A stretch of DNA of 63,944 nucleotides, filler included, from Saprolegnia diclina VS20 (Eukaryota): assembly GCF_000281045.1 (NCBI RefSeq). It is 4 parts of 2 records of this genome, joined end to end, with 100 filler letters (N's around TTAATTAATTAA, not from the genome) between each part and the next. Parts side by side here need not be neighbours in the genome. Positions count along the whole stretch, not along the records: positions 46,819 to 58,720 come from NW_008246101.1; 3 more parts are not named here. One strand, 5' to 3'. Within the stretch, counting starts at the first letter, position 1, and each line of letters starts with the position of its first letter. This document shows positions 46,820 through 58,597 of the stretch, piece after piece. A model generated the notes under the pieces. The model was not told where the DNA came from. It did no database searches and was given only the letters and a program-made list of their open reading frames with translations. A program made the position numbers and the translations under genes.

Positions 46820-48000
46820 CAACGTTAGTTCTCGGGTACGAGACAGGAAAAATGTAGTGCTCCACGCGCCCGATCACCACGCAATGGCTGTTGATGAATG
46901 CCATGATCGGCCCGTAGATAGCCACGGCGATCGCTACGAGCATTGAGTCGACTTCCGAAGAGCAATGTTCTTTTCGCCAACGCTGGAGTCCGAACGAGAC
47001 AATGCCGAGACCCCAGTACGCAAACCAGACCTACAGAAGTAGACATAAAAGGCCACGTACACATCAAGACCACAGTGCTACCGTGCGCGCTAGATACAGC
47101 ATCCCGAGGAGCAGAGACAACACAAAGTTGGCGCCAGACTGAACGTGCATCGCGCCAAAGCTTGCGCTACTAGCCCAAATATCCAGGCAGTAGAGCGTGG
47201 CGACGATTGAATCGAGTAACACAATCGCAGTTGGGTCCCCAAGGACGAGCTCGTACGTCCAGTTGCCTGACGGCATTTTGACGCGGTGCCCACACCGGCG
47301 CAATTTCGATTCGAGCTGAGCGCAGTGCCGGTAGTTCTGAGCCCAGAGCCCCGCAAAGAGCGTCGTCCAAATGCGATAGATCAACATGAGCCAGATTACC
47401 AGTGGATCCCGCGTGGCCTCGATGACGTAGTACAGTGTCGCTAAAGCTGTCGATACTGAATCCACACGAGCGAGCGGCGATGCAATGTCATCGCCAAGCA
47501 CGACCCAGAGACATGACCGGCCAAACATAAACGAGCAAAGAAGCGAATTCGAGCACAAGCCTTCTTGGGATGGCGTCGTCGCATTGGTTGTAACCGTTCG
47601 GCAGAGCAGTTCGATTTGTTACTCGGTGTACGAGACAAGTCCTGGGAGTCCCAGCAGTGCACTGGAGGAACACGCTGCTGTGTCCATTGGCGGGTGATGC
47701 AAGCGAAGTAGCGATCGCGTCACTTGAGTGTTCCTGGCCTCATCAAACGCGTCGACCGTTCCCGCCGGCAGCGTCGTATTCGAGTAGCGTTACTGGTGCC
47801 TTGCGAGGTACGCGGTGTTGAATTCCGTGTAGTTAGCAAACGTCTCTGGTGTCGTAAGCGTGCCTTGCCATGGCAAGTACTCGGAGAGGTACGCCGCCAG
47901 TGGTTACGTCAGAGGTCGCACCTACAGAGGAGTAACAGTAGTGGAGAGACTACCATGGAGGAAACGTTGAGAAGTGAGAAGATGCTCACAAAGAAGCCAA
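46820..48000 (-). pseudogene. Decayed multi-pass membrane protein gene (paralog B; 3' end in gap)
   Basis: RDPLVIWLMLIYRIWTT, WTYELVLGDPTAIVLLD, VWFAYWGL. N-terminal LLNVSSM..AYLSEYLPW. Frameshifts upstream. Confidence 0.6.
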
Positions 48001-48049
48001 GGCGGTGAGGACGCACTCAGTGTTTGCGCTTAGATACGTGCGCGTCGGC

Positions 48050-48911
48050 AATCTTGACTCACCGCATCGCTCCACCTCGGCTGACGAACCCTGGCGAGGT
48101 AGGTATAAGAACGGATTCGGTGAGTCTATTGGCTGCTATTTACAATGCCGTGCCGTTTCCTCGAGGCTGGCTTCCAGTCGCTTGACATCGGCGTCCAGTC
48201 ACTCGACGTCGGCGTCGTGCTGCGACCGAGCAGCGGCGAGATCGGACCGTCCAGCGTCGAGGTCGGAGGCACCGGTAGCTGCCGCATGCTCCGAAGCTTC
48301 AAGCGACCCCCCAAGATGCGCAACGGCATCCCGCGAAGCTTGAAGTTGAGCTCCAAGCGTCTCGAGATCAGCGTCGTGCTGGGCGTGGGCAAGGACAAGC
48401 TCGGAGCTGCGTGTCTTGGCCGTGACGCGTCGAGGCTGGCTTGGAGATCGACGACCTGCTCTTGGAGAGTTGCAACTTCCGAACACAGCTGACCGAGGAT
48501 CGCCTCAGTCGTGGTCGTCGATGCCGCGCTAGCCGGCGTGACATCCGTGGTGGCACTTGACGGCGCAGTCGCAACTTTCGTCTCCGGTGTGCGACGCTGC
48601 GCGGCGGTGGTTGAGCTGCGGCTGCTTGCCGTCAGAGGTTGCACCGCCGTCGTGGCGGGCGTTGGCGTCGACCGAATCGTCGATCGCACGCTCGACTGCG
48701 CGATCGATCGCGCAGTCACCGGGACAGTTGTCGTCGCACGCTGGGGGACAATTGTCGGGGTCGTGCTGCGCCCGAACGCGGTGGCACGCGAACCTTGGTT
48801 CGTGGCCGCCGTCGGGCTTGGCTTACGCATGAGAGCATCTTCGGCCGCCAACTTGGCTTCGGCGAGCTTTGCAGCGCGCTTCTGGTGGTAGAGCGAGTCG
48901 TAGAGGGACAT
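48050..48911 (-). pseudogene. Thr/Ser-rich + coiled-coil protein with frameshift and in-frame stop
   Basis: Coiled-coil heptads switch frame near 48410 (to ELVLAHAQHDADLETLGAQL), and a TGA interrupts HDADVE*LDADVKRLE. Confidence 0.5.
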
Positions 48912-50087
48912 GCGATTTCGTTTTCTAAGGCAACGAGATCACTCGCGCCGCCGAGGGCTGTAAAGGCGTTCAAGCCATCGCCGCGCTGCGTGTACTTGGA
49001 GTTTGTATCGCGCGCCGGAGAAGCGCGAGCTGCGAGGCTGCGTCTTGACAAAGGGGCTCGAAGCGGCGCGCTTTTGCGCTCTCCTCGTGCTGGCTGCCAC
49101 GCTCGGCCTTGCTGGTTCAAAAGCCAATGGCCGAAAATGATTTCAAGGCATTGATTGCCCGTGTGAAAACGTAGTTTCCTACGAGAAGAGATTTGTTGAC
49201 GTTAATATCCCCTGACGTGGCACCCTGTTATCGCAGCAGTTTTGTCCCCACAACTTTCCATCGCCAATGCACGCTGCTACATTTGTGACTAGCTGTTCTT
49301 GCTCAGTCTCACTGCAGCTAGTGCGTTTAGCTACGAGAAGCGCACATCCATCGCATGGGCTAGGCACGCGTGGCTGCAACCCCCTACATGGCCGCCCGAG
49401 AGAAGGTACGCATGTGTGATCCCCGCATTGCCAGCGATGCGAGACCATCATGATGTTGATGCTCAAGATGCTCATTCTAGCATCCATCAAGACTGAGACG
49501 CTCTACCTCTGCGTTCTACCCGTCGAATGGCTACTAGTATGCGCGCCAATGCGTCCTACGAGCCAAAACGTTGACCCCAAGAACCATACGTACATAGCAT
49601 GCCAGAGAGACATTCATCTCGTGTATCGTGCGGCATATAATTCGGCTAAAAGTACTAAGGATAGAGCGTCATCATCGCAAATCTCCATTATCGAGTGATA
49701 TGGCCTGCATCAAGTGGCTAATCCTTGTCGAATTCGCTCCACTCCATTTGCAAACTTGTATCGTCATGAAGCGACTCGTGCAACGTCGCCGTTGGTGCAA
49801 AAATACCTTCAATGTCCGTGGCCGTTAGCTCAAAACAAGTGCTATAAAGTTGTACGTTAGAATTTCGTAAAAAAACACGCTCAGCGACGTCACTGTTTTT
49901 CACAGGACGTGAAAAAGTGGGAATCCAAAGCTATGACGAAACGTATGAATACGGCACTGGACGTATATTCTATGCACGTGAAAAATAGGTGGCAAATGCA
50001 TTATGAACGGGCTTTGGGCCAAAGACCACTTTTGTCTTGCGCCAATTGACCATTGGGACCGACAAGCGGCTCGCTACAAAGTCAGGA

Positions 50088-50380
50088 ATGGACACCGCGA
50101 AGCCGTTCTCGGCGGACAAACAGGATCGAATTCGCACGCTCGCATCCCACACCTCAGCATTTCGCCACCTTGCGCTGAGCTCGGCTGCACGCCTGTGCCG
50201 ACATCAGCTACTTCAAGGACCCCAAATAGTACGGCCAGCGCTATTCGAAGAGCTGCCCATGTATTCTTAGGCCACGGGAAGAACGACACTTTACCCGAGA
50301 TGCGGCGCCCGTCAACTTGAACTCGACGCAGCTCGTTACGAAGCTCAAGCTGCCCGTAGTCCGGGGGCGCGGTTCTTGTC
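50088..50380 (+). mobile_element. Degenerate Tc3-like HTH transposase fragment
   Basis: Frame-broken MDTAKPFSADKQDRIRTLA / LSI..AELGCTP / ISYFKDPK*YGQR...LRPREERHFTRDAA...QLVTKLKLPV, paralleling the 1-346 protein. Confidence 0.6.
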
Positions 50381-50475
50381 GACTTCTTTTAGTCTACATG
50401 TAGTGGTTTACATGTAAGAGGCATTGGTTTGCTAGTCCAACCAGGTAGATCTGGGTTCGAATCCCGGAGAGAGCG
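50381..50475 (+). pseudogene. tRNA-Gly(GCC)-like pseudogene with short insertions
   Basis: Intact T-arm/B-box ctgggttcgaatcccgg and 3' acceptor agagagc. A-box tagtcTA..gtgg. Anticodon arm ttgg-tttg[ctagt]ccaa-ccag after removing the insertions. Confidence 0.6.
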
Positions 50476-50989
50476 TCACGATTTCGCTTCCAAAGCTTGC
50501 CAGAACCACGAGCCAATGGTACAGTACCCCTCAACACAAACCACGCTCCATGCTCCATTGCATCCCGACACGGCGTTGGCCGTGATGCCATGGGGCCACA
50601 GAGGAAGCACAAGGAGGCCAGTGACAACACGAGAGCATGTTTGTATATACTATACGGCGCAAAGAGGGTGTGGGTACGCGGAGTGGCAGACAGTCGATTC
50701 GAAAGGGTTAGGGTTGTCGTGGGGTTAGGGCTCTCCGGGTTTGCCACGGCAATCGGTTCCATGTCGAAAGCTCGGGACGCGTTAATCGTGATAGGCGCGA
50801 AAGGCCGCGTGCGGGCTTTGAAATAGATTGTCGGCTTGTCCTTGTCGCTCTTGTCGCGTTTGACGGTGGCGCGTACAGTCCGCCTTGACATTTGCGCATT
50901 GTTTGAGTTTGAGTGATTCAATCGAGCTCCAACTTTGACAGCAAAAGGGAGAATTTTCCAAATACAAAATGTCGCCTCGTATTGATTCC

Positions 50990-52258
50990 TTAGCGCTCTT
51001 CGAGGTTGACGACGCGGTGTTCGATCGCCTCCAAGAACGACGCTTCTTGCTTGGAGCCGCGCACCATAATGTTGATGACGGGGATGCCGGGCACAACGTA
51101 CTGATGGTGGCTCAAGAGGCGGTAGAGCTTGCAGAACGGCGAGACGCGCAGCCACACCTTGTGCTTGTAGCTGTGCTTTTCGTCGGCGTCGAGGCGCGCC
51201 GACTCGACGGCATCCGACTCTTTCGCACCGCTCAGCGCAACGTGCCAAGCGTCTTGGGTTGCAAACGGTACGACGACGTCGGCCGCCACGTACACTTGGA
51301 GCTGGGATGCTACGTAGTCATGGCGCTTGTCCCAGAAGCAGAACGGTCCTTCCTCCGGAAACATGTTGGCGAGATGCTCGATGAACATGTCTTGCTCGCC
51401 AAACGACTGGATGAAGTCCGACTGGCCATACTCGTCGTAGAGCAAGAGGACGGGCCAGCACATGACACCTTCTTCGTCCAAGTCGGCCTTGCCCTCAAAG
51501 TCCTTGACACGCGCGTCGTCGAGGATACCGCGACCGACGCGGATCTTTCGGAGCGTGCAGAGCTTGCGGTACTTCTCGACCATCGCCTGCGCCTTCTTGG
51601 CCTTGAACGCGTCGAGCTCAGCCTGCACCCGCTGCTCGTCGAGCATCTTCTCGCCGTCGCGCTGCAGCACCAGGAGCTCCTTGTTACTCGGATCGAGGGC
51701 CAAGCCCACCTTGCAGTAGCGCAGCGTATCCACCGGCTTCTTGAGCATCGCCGACGCTTTCGCACCGCGGTAGATGGACTTGAGGTGCTTGCTGTCGTGC
51801 TGGAGCGCGCGCGCCGCGTCCGAGCGGCAGCTGCCATAGTTCTTGAGCGAGAGGTGGGCGGCCGCGCGGTTCGAGAGGATCGTTGTCATGAGCGTCGACA
51901 TGACAATGGGTTCGTCGAGGTCCATGGCCGCGAGCTCGTCCGCCGGCGTCGGGGCTGCGAGCGCCTTGAGGCCGTAGCCGAGCGCGTCGCTGTACTCTTT
52001 GATCGCATACTCGTAGTAGAGAGCGTTCATGGACTTTTTCGCGTCGGCAAACATCTTGTTGCCCTTGTTCTTGAACTTGAGCGCGAGCGTCTCGGCCGTC
52101 TCGCCTTCCTCGACGAGCGCCATCATGGCGTCGACCATCACGTCGCCCTCGAGGATGTGGTCCTCGAAGAGCGACATCTCGGGGATCTGGTCGAGGTACG
52201 CCTGCCGCTCCTCCGGGCTCCACACCTTGCTCTCATCGATCTCGAGCTCGACGCTCAT
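50990..52258 (-). CDS. TTC4: TTC4/Cns1 Hsp70/Hsp90 TPR co-chaperone
   Basis: FKNKGNKMF, SNRAAAHLSLKNYG, YRGAKA, and the C-terminal wheel domain WPVLLLYDEYGQSDFI. Confidence 0.9.
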   Translation of the reverse strand: MSVELEIDESKVWSPEERQAYLDQIPEMSLFEDHILEGDVMVDAMMALVEEGETAETLALKFKNKGNKMFADAKKSMNALYYEYAIKEYSDALGYGLKALAAPTPADELAAMDLDEPIVMSTLMTTILSNRAAAHLSLKNYGSCRSDAARALQHDSKHLKSIYRGAKASAMLKKPVDTLRYCKVGLALDPSNKELLVLQRDGEKMLDEQRVQAELDAFKAKKAQAMVEKYRKLCTLRKIRVGRGILDDARVKDFEGKADLDEEGVMCWPVLLLYDEYGQSDFIQSFGEQDMFIEHLANMFPEEGPFCFWDKRHDYVASQLQVYVAADVVVPFATQDAWHVALSGAKESDAVESARLDADEKHSYKHKVWLRVSPFCKLYRLLSHHQYVVPGIPVINIMVRGSKQEASFLEAIEHRVVNLEER

Positions 52259-52594
52259 CTTGTCCAATCAACTCTGATGATGCTGGTCATATTGATACTT
52301 TCTATGGGCATGCCGTCGCATATATGACGTTTTTTAGACGTTTTTCAAGTATACGCTACTGTTCCGGCGGTCCTTTTTTCTTTATGACAGTACGTTCTGT
52401 GCGTTTTAATGGAATGATGGGCACAAACGCATTTGGAATTTACGTCGCTTTTACGACACCAATTGATGTCAACGCTTCATATTGGCATGTATTAAAATAA
52501 TATGTAGGATGTTGTATGTAATAGTTTAGCATACGACAAATCGAGTTACGTATTGGCGCTGTGACCGGCGTATATTTGGAGCAGGACGCAGCAG

Positions 52595-53689
52595 ATGACG
52601 GAGCCGCTCGCTTCCTTCGGGTACGATGCATGCGCCGACGCAGGAAGACGATCAAGATGCTTGCTAGGGCCATCGCCGACGTCCAACATGCTGACGTGGA
52701 CGACGCATGGAACTACACAAAGACGTCGAAGCGCTACTACCGCGACGCCCGGCGCCACCTCGAGGCCGCGGTCGACGCCTGGCTGCTCGAGGCCACGACC
52801 TGCCCACTGCGCTTCGTCGTCAACCTCGGCGACCTTCTCGACGGCAAGAACGTTGCACTCGGTCAGTCGCAATCGGCGCTCGCGCTGCTCCGTGGCACCT
52901 TGGAGCGCTTCCAGGACCGCGTCGGGCCCGTCCACCACTGCATTGGGAACCACGAGCTGTACAACTTTACGCGGGACGAGTACCTCCGTCTCCTCGTGCA
53001 CCGAACGTCGTCGCCCCATGCGCTAGTCTCGTCGCTGCCGCCGCCCGCGACCACGGTCGCCTACTACTCGTTTACGATCCCCGACGCGCCGACGTACGTC
53101 TTTGCGGTGCTGGATCCTTACGACAACTCGGTGCTTGGCAGCCCCCCGGGGTCGGCCGAGCACAGTGCGTGCAAAGAGGTACCACGTCCCTCGTTTCCTT
53201 CTTCTCCCCTCGAGTATCAAGCCCTTGGTTGACTAGTTTTTGCGTCAGCGCAATCCCAACGCGGATCTCAATTCGTCCGACAATCTCGACGGCCCGGCAA
53301 GGCGCTTTGTCGAGTACAACGGTGGCGTTGCATCGCGCCAGCTCCAGTGGCTCGACGCGCTGCTTGCAGCGGCCGACGCTCAGAGCCAGCACGTCGTGCT
53401 CTTCTCCCACGTGCCGCTGCACCCAGACTCATGCCACCCGGCGTGCCTCCTCTGGAACTACGACGAGTTGCTTGGGCTGCTGCACGCCCATGCTAGCGTC
53501 AAGGCCGTCCTCAGCGGCCACTGCCATGAGAATGGCTACACGCGCGATGCATCCGGCGTCCACTACGTTGTCTTCCAAGCCGCGCTCGAAGCCCGAGAGA
53601 ATGCGTATGCGACCATTGACCTCTTCCCGTCCATGCTGCGGATCCGTGGCGTCGGCCAGGTCCCATCACGCGACTTGGCGCTGTCGTGA
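52595..53689 (+). CDS. ADPRM: Mn-dependent ADP-ribose/CDP-alcohol diphosphatase (3 exons)
   Basis: FG|AIADVQHAD, NLGDLLDG, GNHELYNF, RFVEYNGG, SHVP, LLWNY, GHCHE. Confidence 0.9.
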
Positions 53690-53737
53690 CGGCTCACGCG
53701 ATAGAGATCATCGTAGATACGATGGTGCATGCTTGGA

Positions 53738-54766
53738 TTACCGGCGAACCTTTTGCTTCTTCATGTTGCGCATCTCACCAGCAAGGATCGCGGTATGATG
53801 GGACACTTCCTTGCCTTCGACGGGCCGCTCGATAAAGTACCTACGACGACGATGACGCCTAGCAAGAGAGGGAGACGGTACGGGTCGAGATCGATCGCGA
53901 GCCGGCGGATCTTTTGCGCGACCTCTTCGATCTTGTCGTCGGTCGTGAGCGCCGAGACCTCGACGAGAAGCGCGTCGACCTGCATGTTTTCGAGCGGAAA
54001 GTCATCTTGCTCGTCCTTCTCGAGCTACGCGGTACGACGATGAGCAAGATGCGAATGGGGATACGAGGAGGATGCGTACGGGCTTCATGCGCGTCGCTTC
54101 GACCATGATGCCATTGGGAAAGTTCCAGCGCGTGCCCGACCGCATGTACCGAAAGCTATGGCTATCGATGCATGTGAGAAGATATGTTCGAGACGAAGAG
54201 GCGGCTCGTACCGGAACCCGAGCGTCGAGAGGAAGGTGCGCACGTTGTCGCTGGCCGAGACAGCGACTTGGCTGCGGTACGCGACGCTCTGCGCGGCGCG
54301 GCCCGTCTGATCGGTCGGCTTCTTGCGCTCCCACTTGCCAATGTAGCGCAGCTCCCTATGCATACTGCGTAAGCCATGCCATTCTCGTCATGGAGGAAGC
54401 ACCATTTCTGGCCTGCCTTGGACGTGGCTTCGACGGCCGCGCCCGTAAACGTGCACGAGCCGTAGATCACGTGGCGCGCGCGGACCTCGTAGTTGGGCAC
54501 GCCTAGCCACACGCCATGATCGACCAACCTCATGCTATCGCATGTACCTTGCGGGCTCTGCGCGTCAAAGTTGTAGACATACTCCTTGTACGAGAATTGC
54601 TCCTACATGCTGATGAGGTCCTCGTCGCCGCCTAGCCTGCATGGCCTACCTTCTCCGTGTCGTCGCCGCAGAGGCCGCGGATGCGCTCCTCGAAGGCCGT
54701 GTAGTCCTTGTACGGAACCTCGCCCTGGAGGTTGACCTCGAACGACTTGTTGCTGACGGTGCTCAT
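53738..54766 (-). CDS. MED18: Mediator subunit MED18, multi-exon
   Basis: EVNLQG..., RIRGLC, W|ELRYIG, NVRTFLSTLGFR, RSGTRW, LLVEVSA, RRLAIDLDP: the Med18 pattern. Confidence 0.75.
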
Positions 54767-54914
54767 GCTGCTGCTGCTGGGCTTCCTCGGCTGGCCGCTG
54801 GTATTTTATTGCGTGAAAACAATTGCATATACAAAGTCAAAGATGCAAAAACGAAATGGATTAAAATACCATATTTGTCCGGTTGCCAATACAAACCAAC
54901 GTGTGGCAAATAGT

Positions 54915-56453
54915 ATGAGCGTCGTCCGGGAAGAGTCGATCGCGGTCATCGCGCAGAGCCTCGGGCTGGACAGCCTCCGCGCGGGCTGCGCGGCCGACCT
55001 CGCGCCCGAGGTCGAGTTTCGCCTCCGCGAGATCATCCAGGACGCGGTCAAGTTCCAGACGCATGCGCGCCGCGAGACGCTCACGACGCGGGACATCAAC
55101 CATGCGCTGAGCGCGCGCAACATGGAGGTAGACGCCATATTCGCCGGCGATCATGATGAAGATGCATGTGTAGGTCTTGTACGGCTATGGCGGCGGCGAC
55201 GGCGTGAGCTACCGCCGCATTAGCCCGGGCCTCTTTGTGCCCGAGGACCCCGAGGTCGCGGTCGCCGACATCCTCAACGCGCCCTTTCCGCTGTGTCCAC
55301 TCGTGCCCAGCGTTAGCATGCACTGGCTGGCCGTCGAGGGTGTCCAGCCGCAGATCCCCGAGAACGACGTGCTTGACACGAATGCCCACGCGCGGTCGGC
55401 GACGGCGATTTCGGACCCGGTCTTCACGGGCGACGTCGTCCGCAAGCCGCTCGTCAAGCACGTTTTGACGGACGAGATGCAGCTCTACTACACCAAGGTC
55501 ACGGACGCAGTCAAGAGCGACGACTTTGCGCGCCAGCAGGCTGCGTACACGAGCTTGTCGCATGACCCGGGTCTCCACCAGCTCATGCCATACTTTTCGC
55601 GGTTCATTTACGAAGAAGTCAAGCACAGCAACCACGACCTCGCACTCCTCTCGTCCGTGCTGCGCATGGCACGCGCGCTCCTCCACAACGTCGGTCTCCG
55701 CATCGAGCTCTACGTACATATGCTTCCCTCTCGTTCCTTGCCTCATGCTCATGATCCTTGCATCTATAGCTGCAGCAGATGATTCCAGCGATTTTGACGT
55801 GCATTCTCAACAAGGACCTGTGTGCCAACCCCGCCGAAGACCACTGGGCTGTGCGCAACTACGGCGCGCGTCTCATGGCCGAGATTTGCTCGCGGTGCTG
55901 CCTCCTCGCTCGCACCATGTCTCATCAACGATACCTCACTAGGTTCGGCAACTCGTACAACAGCATCCAGGCCCGCGTCTCCAAGACCTTCCACGGCGCC
56001 TTTCTCGACGCGTCCCGTCCGTTCCCGACGCACTATGGTGCGATTGTCGGTATGTTGTCTGCTCGCTTTGCGTGGTGTCTTGACGAAAGATGCATGTAGG
56101 GCTCATGTACCTCGGGCCGCTGGTCATGGAGCGGCTGCTCTTCCCGCACCTCGCCGCGTACCTCGCAGTGCTCACGCCGTGTTTTGCGCCGTCGAATGCC
56201 AACCAAGTGCAGCGCCTCGAAGCGCAAAACTGCCATGGCATCCTTGTGGTACGGTTCTGGATTGTCAATTTCAATTATTGCAATAATTTTTCGTGCGTAG
56301 CATGCCGCCGGGCAGTATTTATCCCTGCAAACCAACGCGGCGACGTCGAGCGATTTCAAGCAGACGCTCGATACGCTGCAAGACACGTTTGGCGAGGCCC
56401 TCGTGCCCTACCTGCGCACGCCAGGCATGGGCTACGCCGACATGGTGCTCTAA
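54915..56453 (+). CDS. TAF6: TFIID subunit TAF6, multi-exon
   Basis: Histone fold IAQSLG...EVEFRLREIIQDAVKF, HWLAVEGVQPQIPEN, KHVLT.E.QLYY, DPGLHQLMPYF, DHWAVR, THYGAIVG. Confidence 0.95.
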
Positions 56454-56710
56454 TAGCCACCGACGTAACCCATACACTCTACTACACGACTGCATACGTT
56501 TCTCATTCGTCACTCTGCGAGATGGCGACTGGCAGAAATACATTCCTTGGTTGTCGAGACCGTGGAGGCGGGACAGACTGCACTAGCACAAACCAGGCGC
56601 TCAAAGTAGATCGAGTTCAGTCATGTACTAACTAAACTGGCCAATGTCAAGAGCGTCCGTGTGAATGATATGCCACTCTGAGATATAAGATCGTAGTATA
56701 ATGACCAGTG

Positions 56711-58232
56711 CTACTCGTCGTGAACGGGAGTGCCTTGAATGCAGTTGTCTTCGGTGCCCGGTTCGTTCGAGCAGTAGCCGCATGGTGACGCAGTGCCTTC
56801 GGGCACGTCGTACACGTCCCACTGCCAATCGTGCAGGACCGGCATTCGCGCGTACGCGTCGCGTCGCGTCGGCCGCCAGCGCCGCCCGAGACGCCCGTCA
56901 TCGAGCTGCAGCAAAATGTCGTCGCTTCCCAGCGAAATGGGCGGCACCGGGTGCACCGCGTGGCCTCCGTGGTGTATCCACTTGGCGATCGCATCGACCT
57001 CGTGCGCATTGCACTGCCAGAGGGACTTGTCGGTCGCTACGACGAGAAGCATGCTCGGGTCGTTGCCGCCGAGGCCGCCGAGCACGTGCCCGTCCGGCGG
57101 GTGGCCGTGGACGCGCCAGCCGGACGTTGTCTTGTTGAACTCGACAAGCCCCATGGTCGGGCTGAGCCCAAAGACGCTCGTGGCTGTGTGTACAAAGCCC
57201 CAACTCGCTTCCATGTGGAAGCTAATCGCTGCACTGTGGTCGACAAACTGGCGCTCGCCACGCTCGAGTGCGAATTCGAGGAGGCGGCCGAGCGCCGTGA
57301 GCACAAAGAGCGTCGACGTTGTCGAGGCGCCGACGATGGTCACGATCGCGTCGGACGGGTCGTTGACGTCCAAGTCTTCGCGGTGCCACAGCGGCAAGGA
57401 CGAAGATGCCACGTCCCAGCGAAAGACCTTCCCGTTCTCAGTCGCAACGTAGAAGCGTCCATCATGTGAGAGAACGCCGGTCGAGAAGACATTGGCGTCG
57501 GGCGGCGAGATGTCGACCCAGCGCAGCTGTCGATTGTCGCTCACGTCCCGCTGCAGTAGCCGTCCGCTCGCGTCCGCCACAAGAATGCTCTGAAACCTGT
57601 TGTGCGCGATACGGGTGACCGCCACCATCGGCGCCAAATGCGGCGTGGCGCTCAGCGTGTAGGCAATGCCGCCGGTCGAAGCCAACCGCTTGACGTACAC
57701 CGACTCGGTGGCGCTCACGTGACGCATGTACACCCATACGACGCCGTTGAAGTAGCGCTCAAACAAAGTGCCGTCGCGCCCAATGACAAAGATCGAGTGC
57801 GCACTCAGCATCGCTAGGCTCGCGCGGTACCCTCTACAGCTCAAAGCGGGAAATGAGCTGTGGTGGACAAGAGAAAAAGGTACGTGTGCACGGGCCGCTG
57901 CGTCGCGATGCGGGCGTTCTCGATGGAGCGCTCCTTGAAGAGCTGGTGCACCCAGATCGCATCGATGGACACGTGCTCGTGCTTCATCTCGGTGACGCTA
58001 CGCGTGTCATGAGTGCGGTTGAGTACGTGCACCACAAGAGAACGTACGTCGAGAGTGCTGACGCAGGCACGTTGAGGTTGGTGGCGACATGGGCGATCCA
58101 CTCGGTTTCATCGGCAAAAATCGGCAGCTCGCGAATGCGGCCGTTTTGGACAGCGTAGCGCCGACTGGCGTCGGTCCCAAAAAGGAGCGACGATAGCACG
58201 AGCATGGCCACGAGACTCCGGCTGCGAAGCAT
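56711..58232 (-). CDS. Secreted Trp-rich repeat (beta-propeller/lectin-like) protein, 3 exons
   Basis: Signal peptide MLRSRSLVAMLVLSSLLFGTDA. Repeated (F/L)V...DG.L.(E/Q)R....W...H blades. Two introns join in frame. Confidence 0.65.
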
Positions 58233-58597
58233 GCTGCCACGACGTCGTCGACGACGACACTTCAACTCTAAGATCGTGCAGCTTCGACAATCTTTATCCG
58301 GAGGACCGGATGCGCTACGCTTCGAAAATCGGCTTCAACGCGGAGAAGCGTTGCAGTCTCTAATCTCAAGCCTCGAAGGGGGAATACTTGTCTGGGGTTC
58401 TCTAGTTCATCCAGCCTATGTGTATGAAAGGAGCTATTGCATGATCCCAGTGCTATGCTGCAGGCCAACGAACGACAGTCTACTTCAGCAGCGACCAACG
58501 GCTCAATGCTAGCGTTGGACGTTGAACCCCAACGTAAACCCGTTGTGCGCACGAGAACGGCTGTCATATTCGTACTACCACTCTATAACTACTAAAT

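Noticed and set aside
23505..52258. Apparent chaperone cluster (SPAG1, GrpE, Hsp10, TTC4)
   Set aside because: Spread over ~29 kb among unrelated genes; compatible with chance in a housekeeping-rich region.
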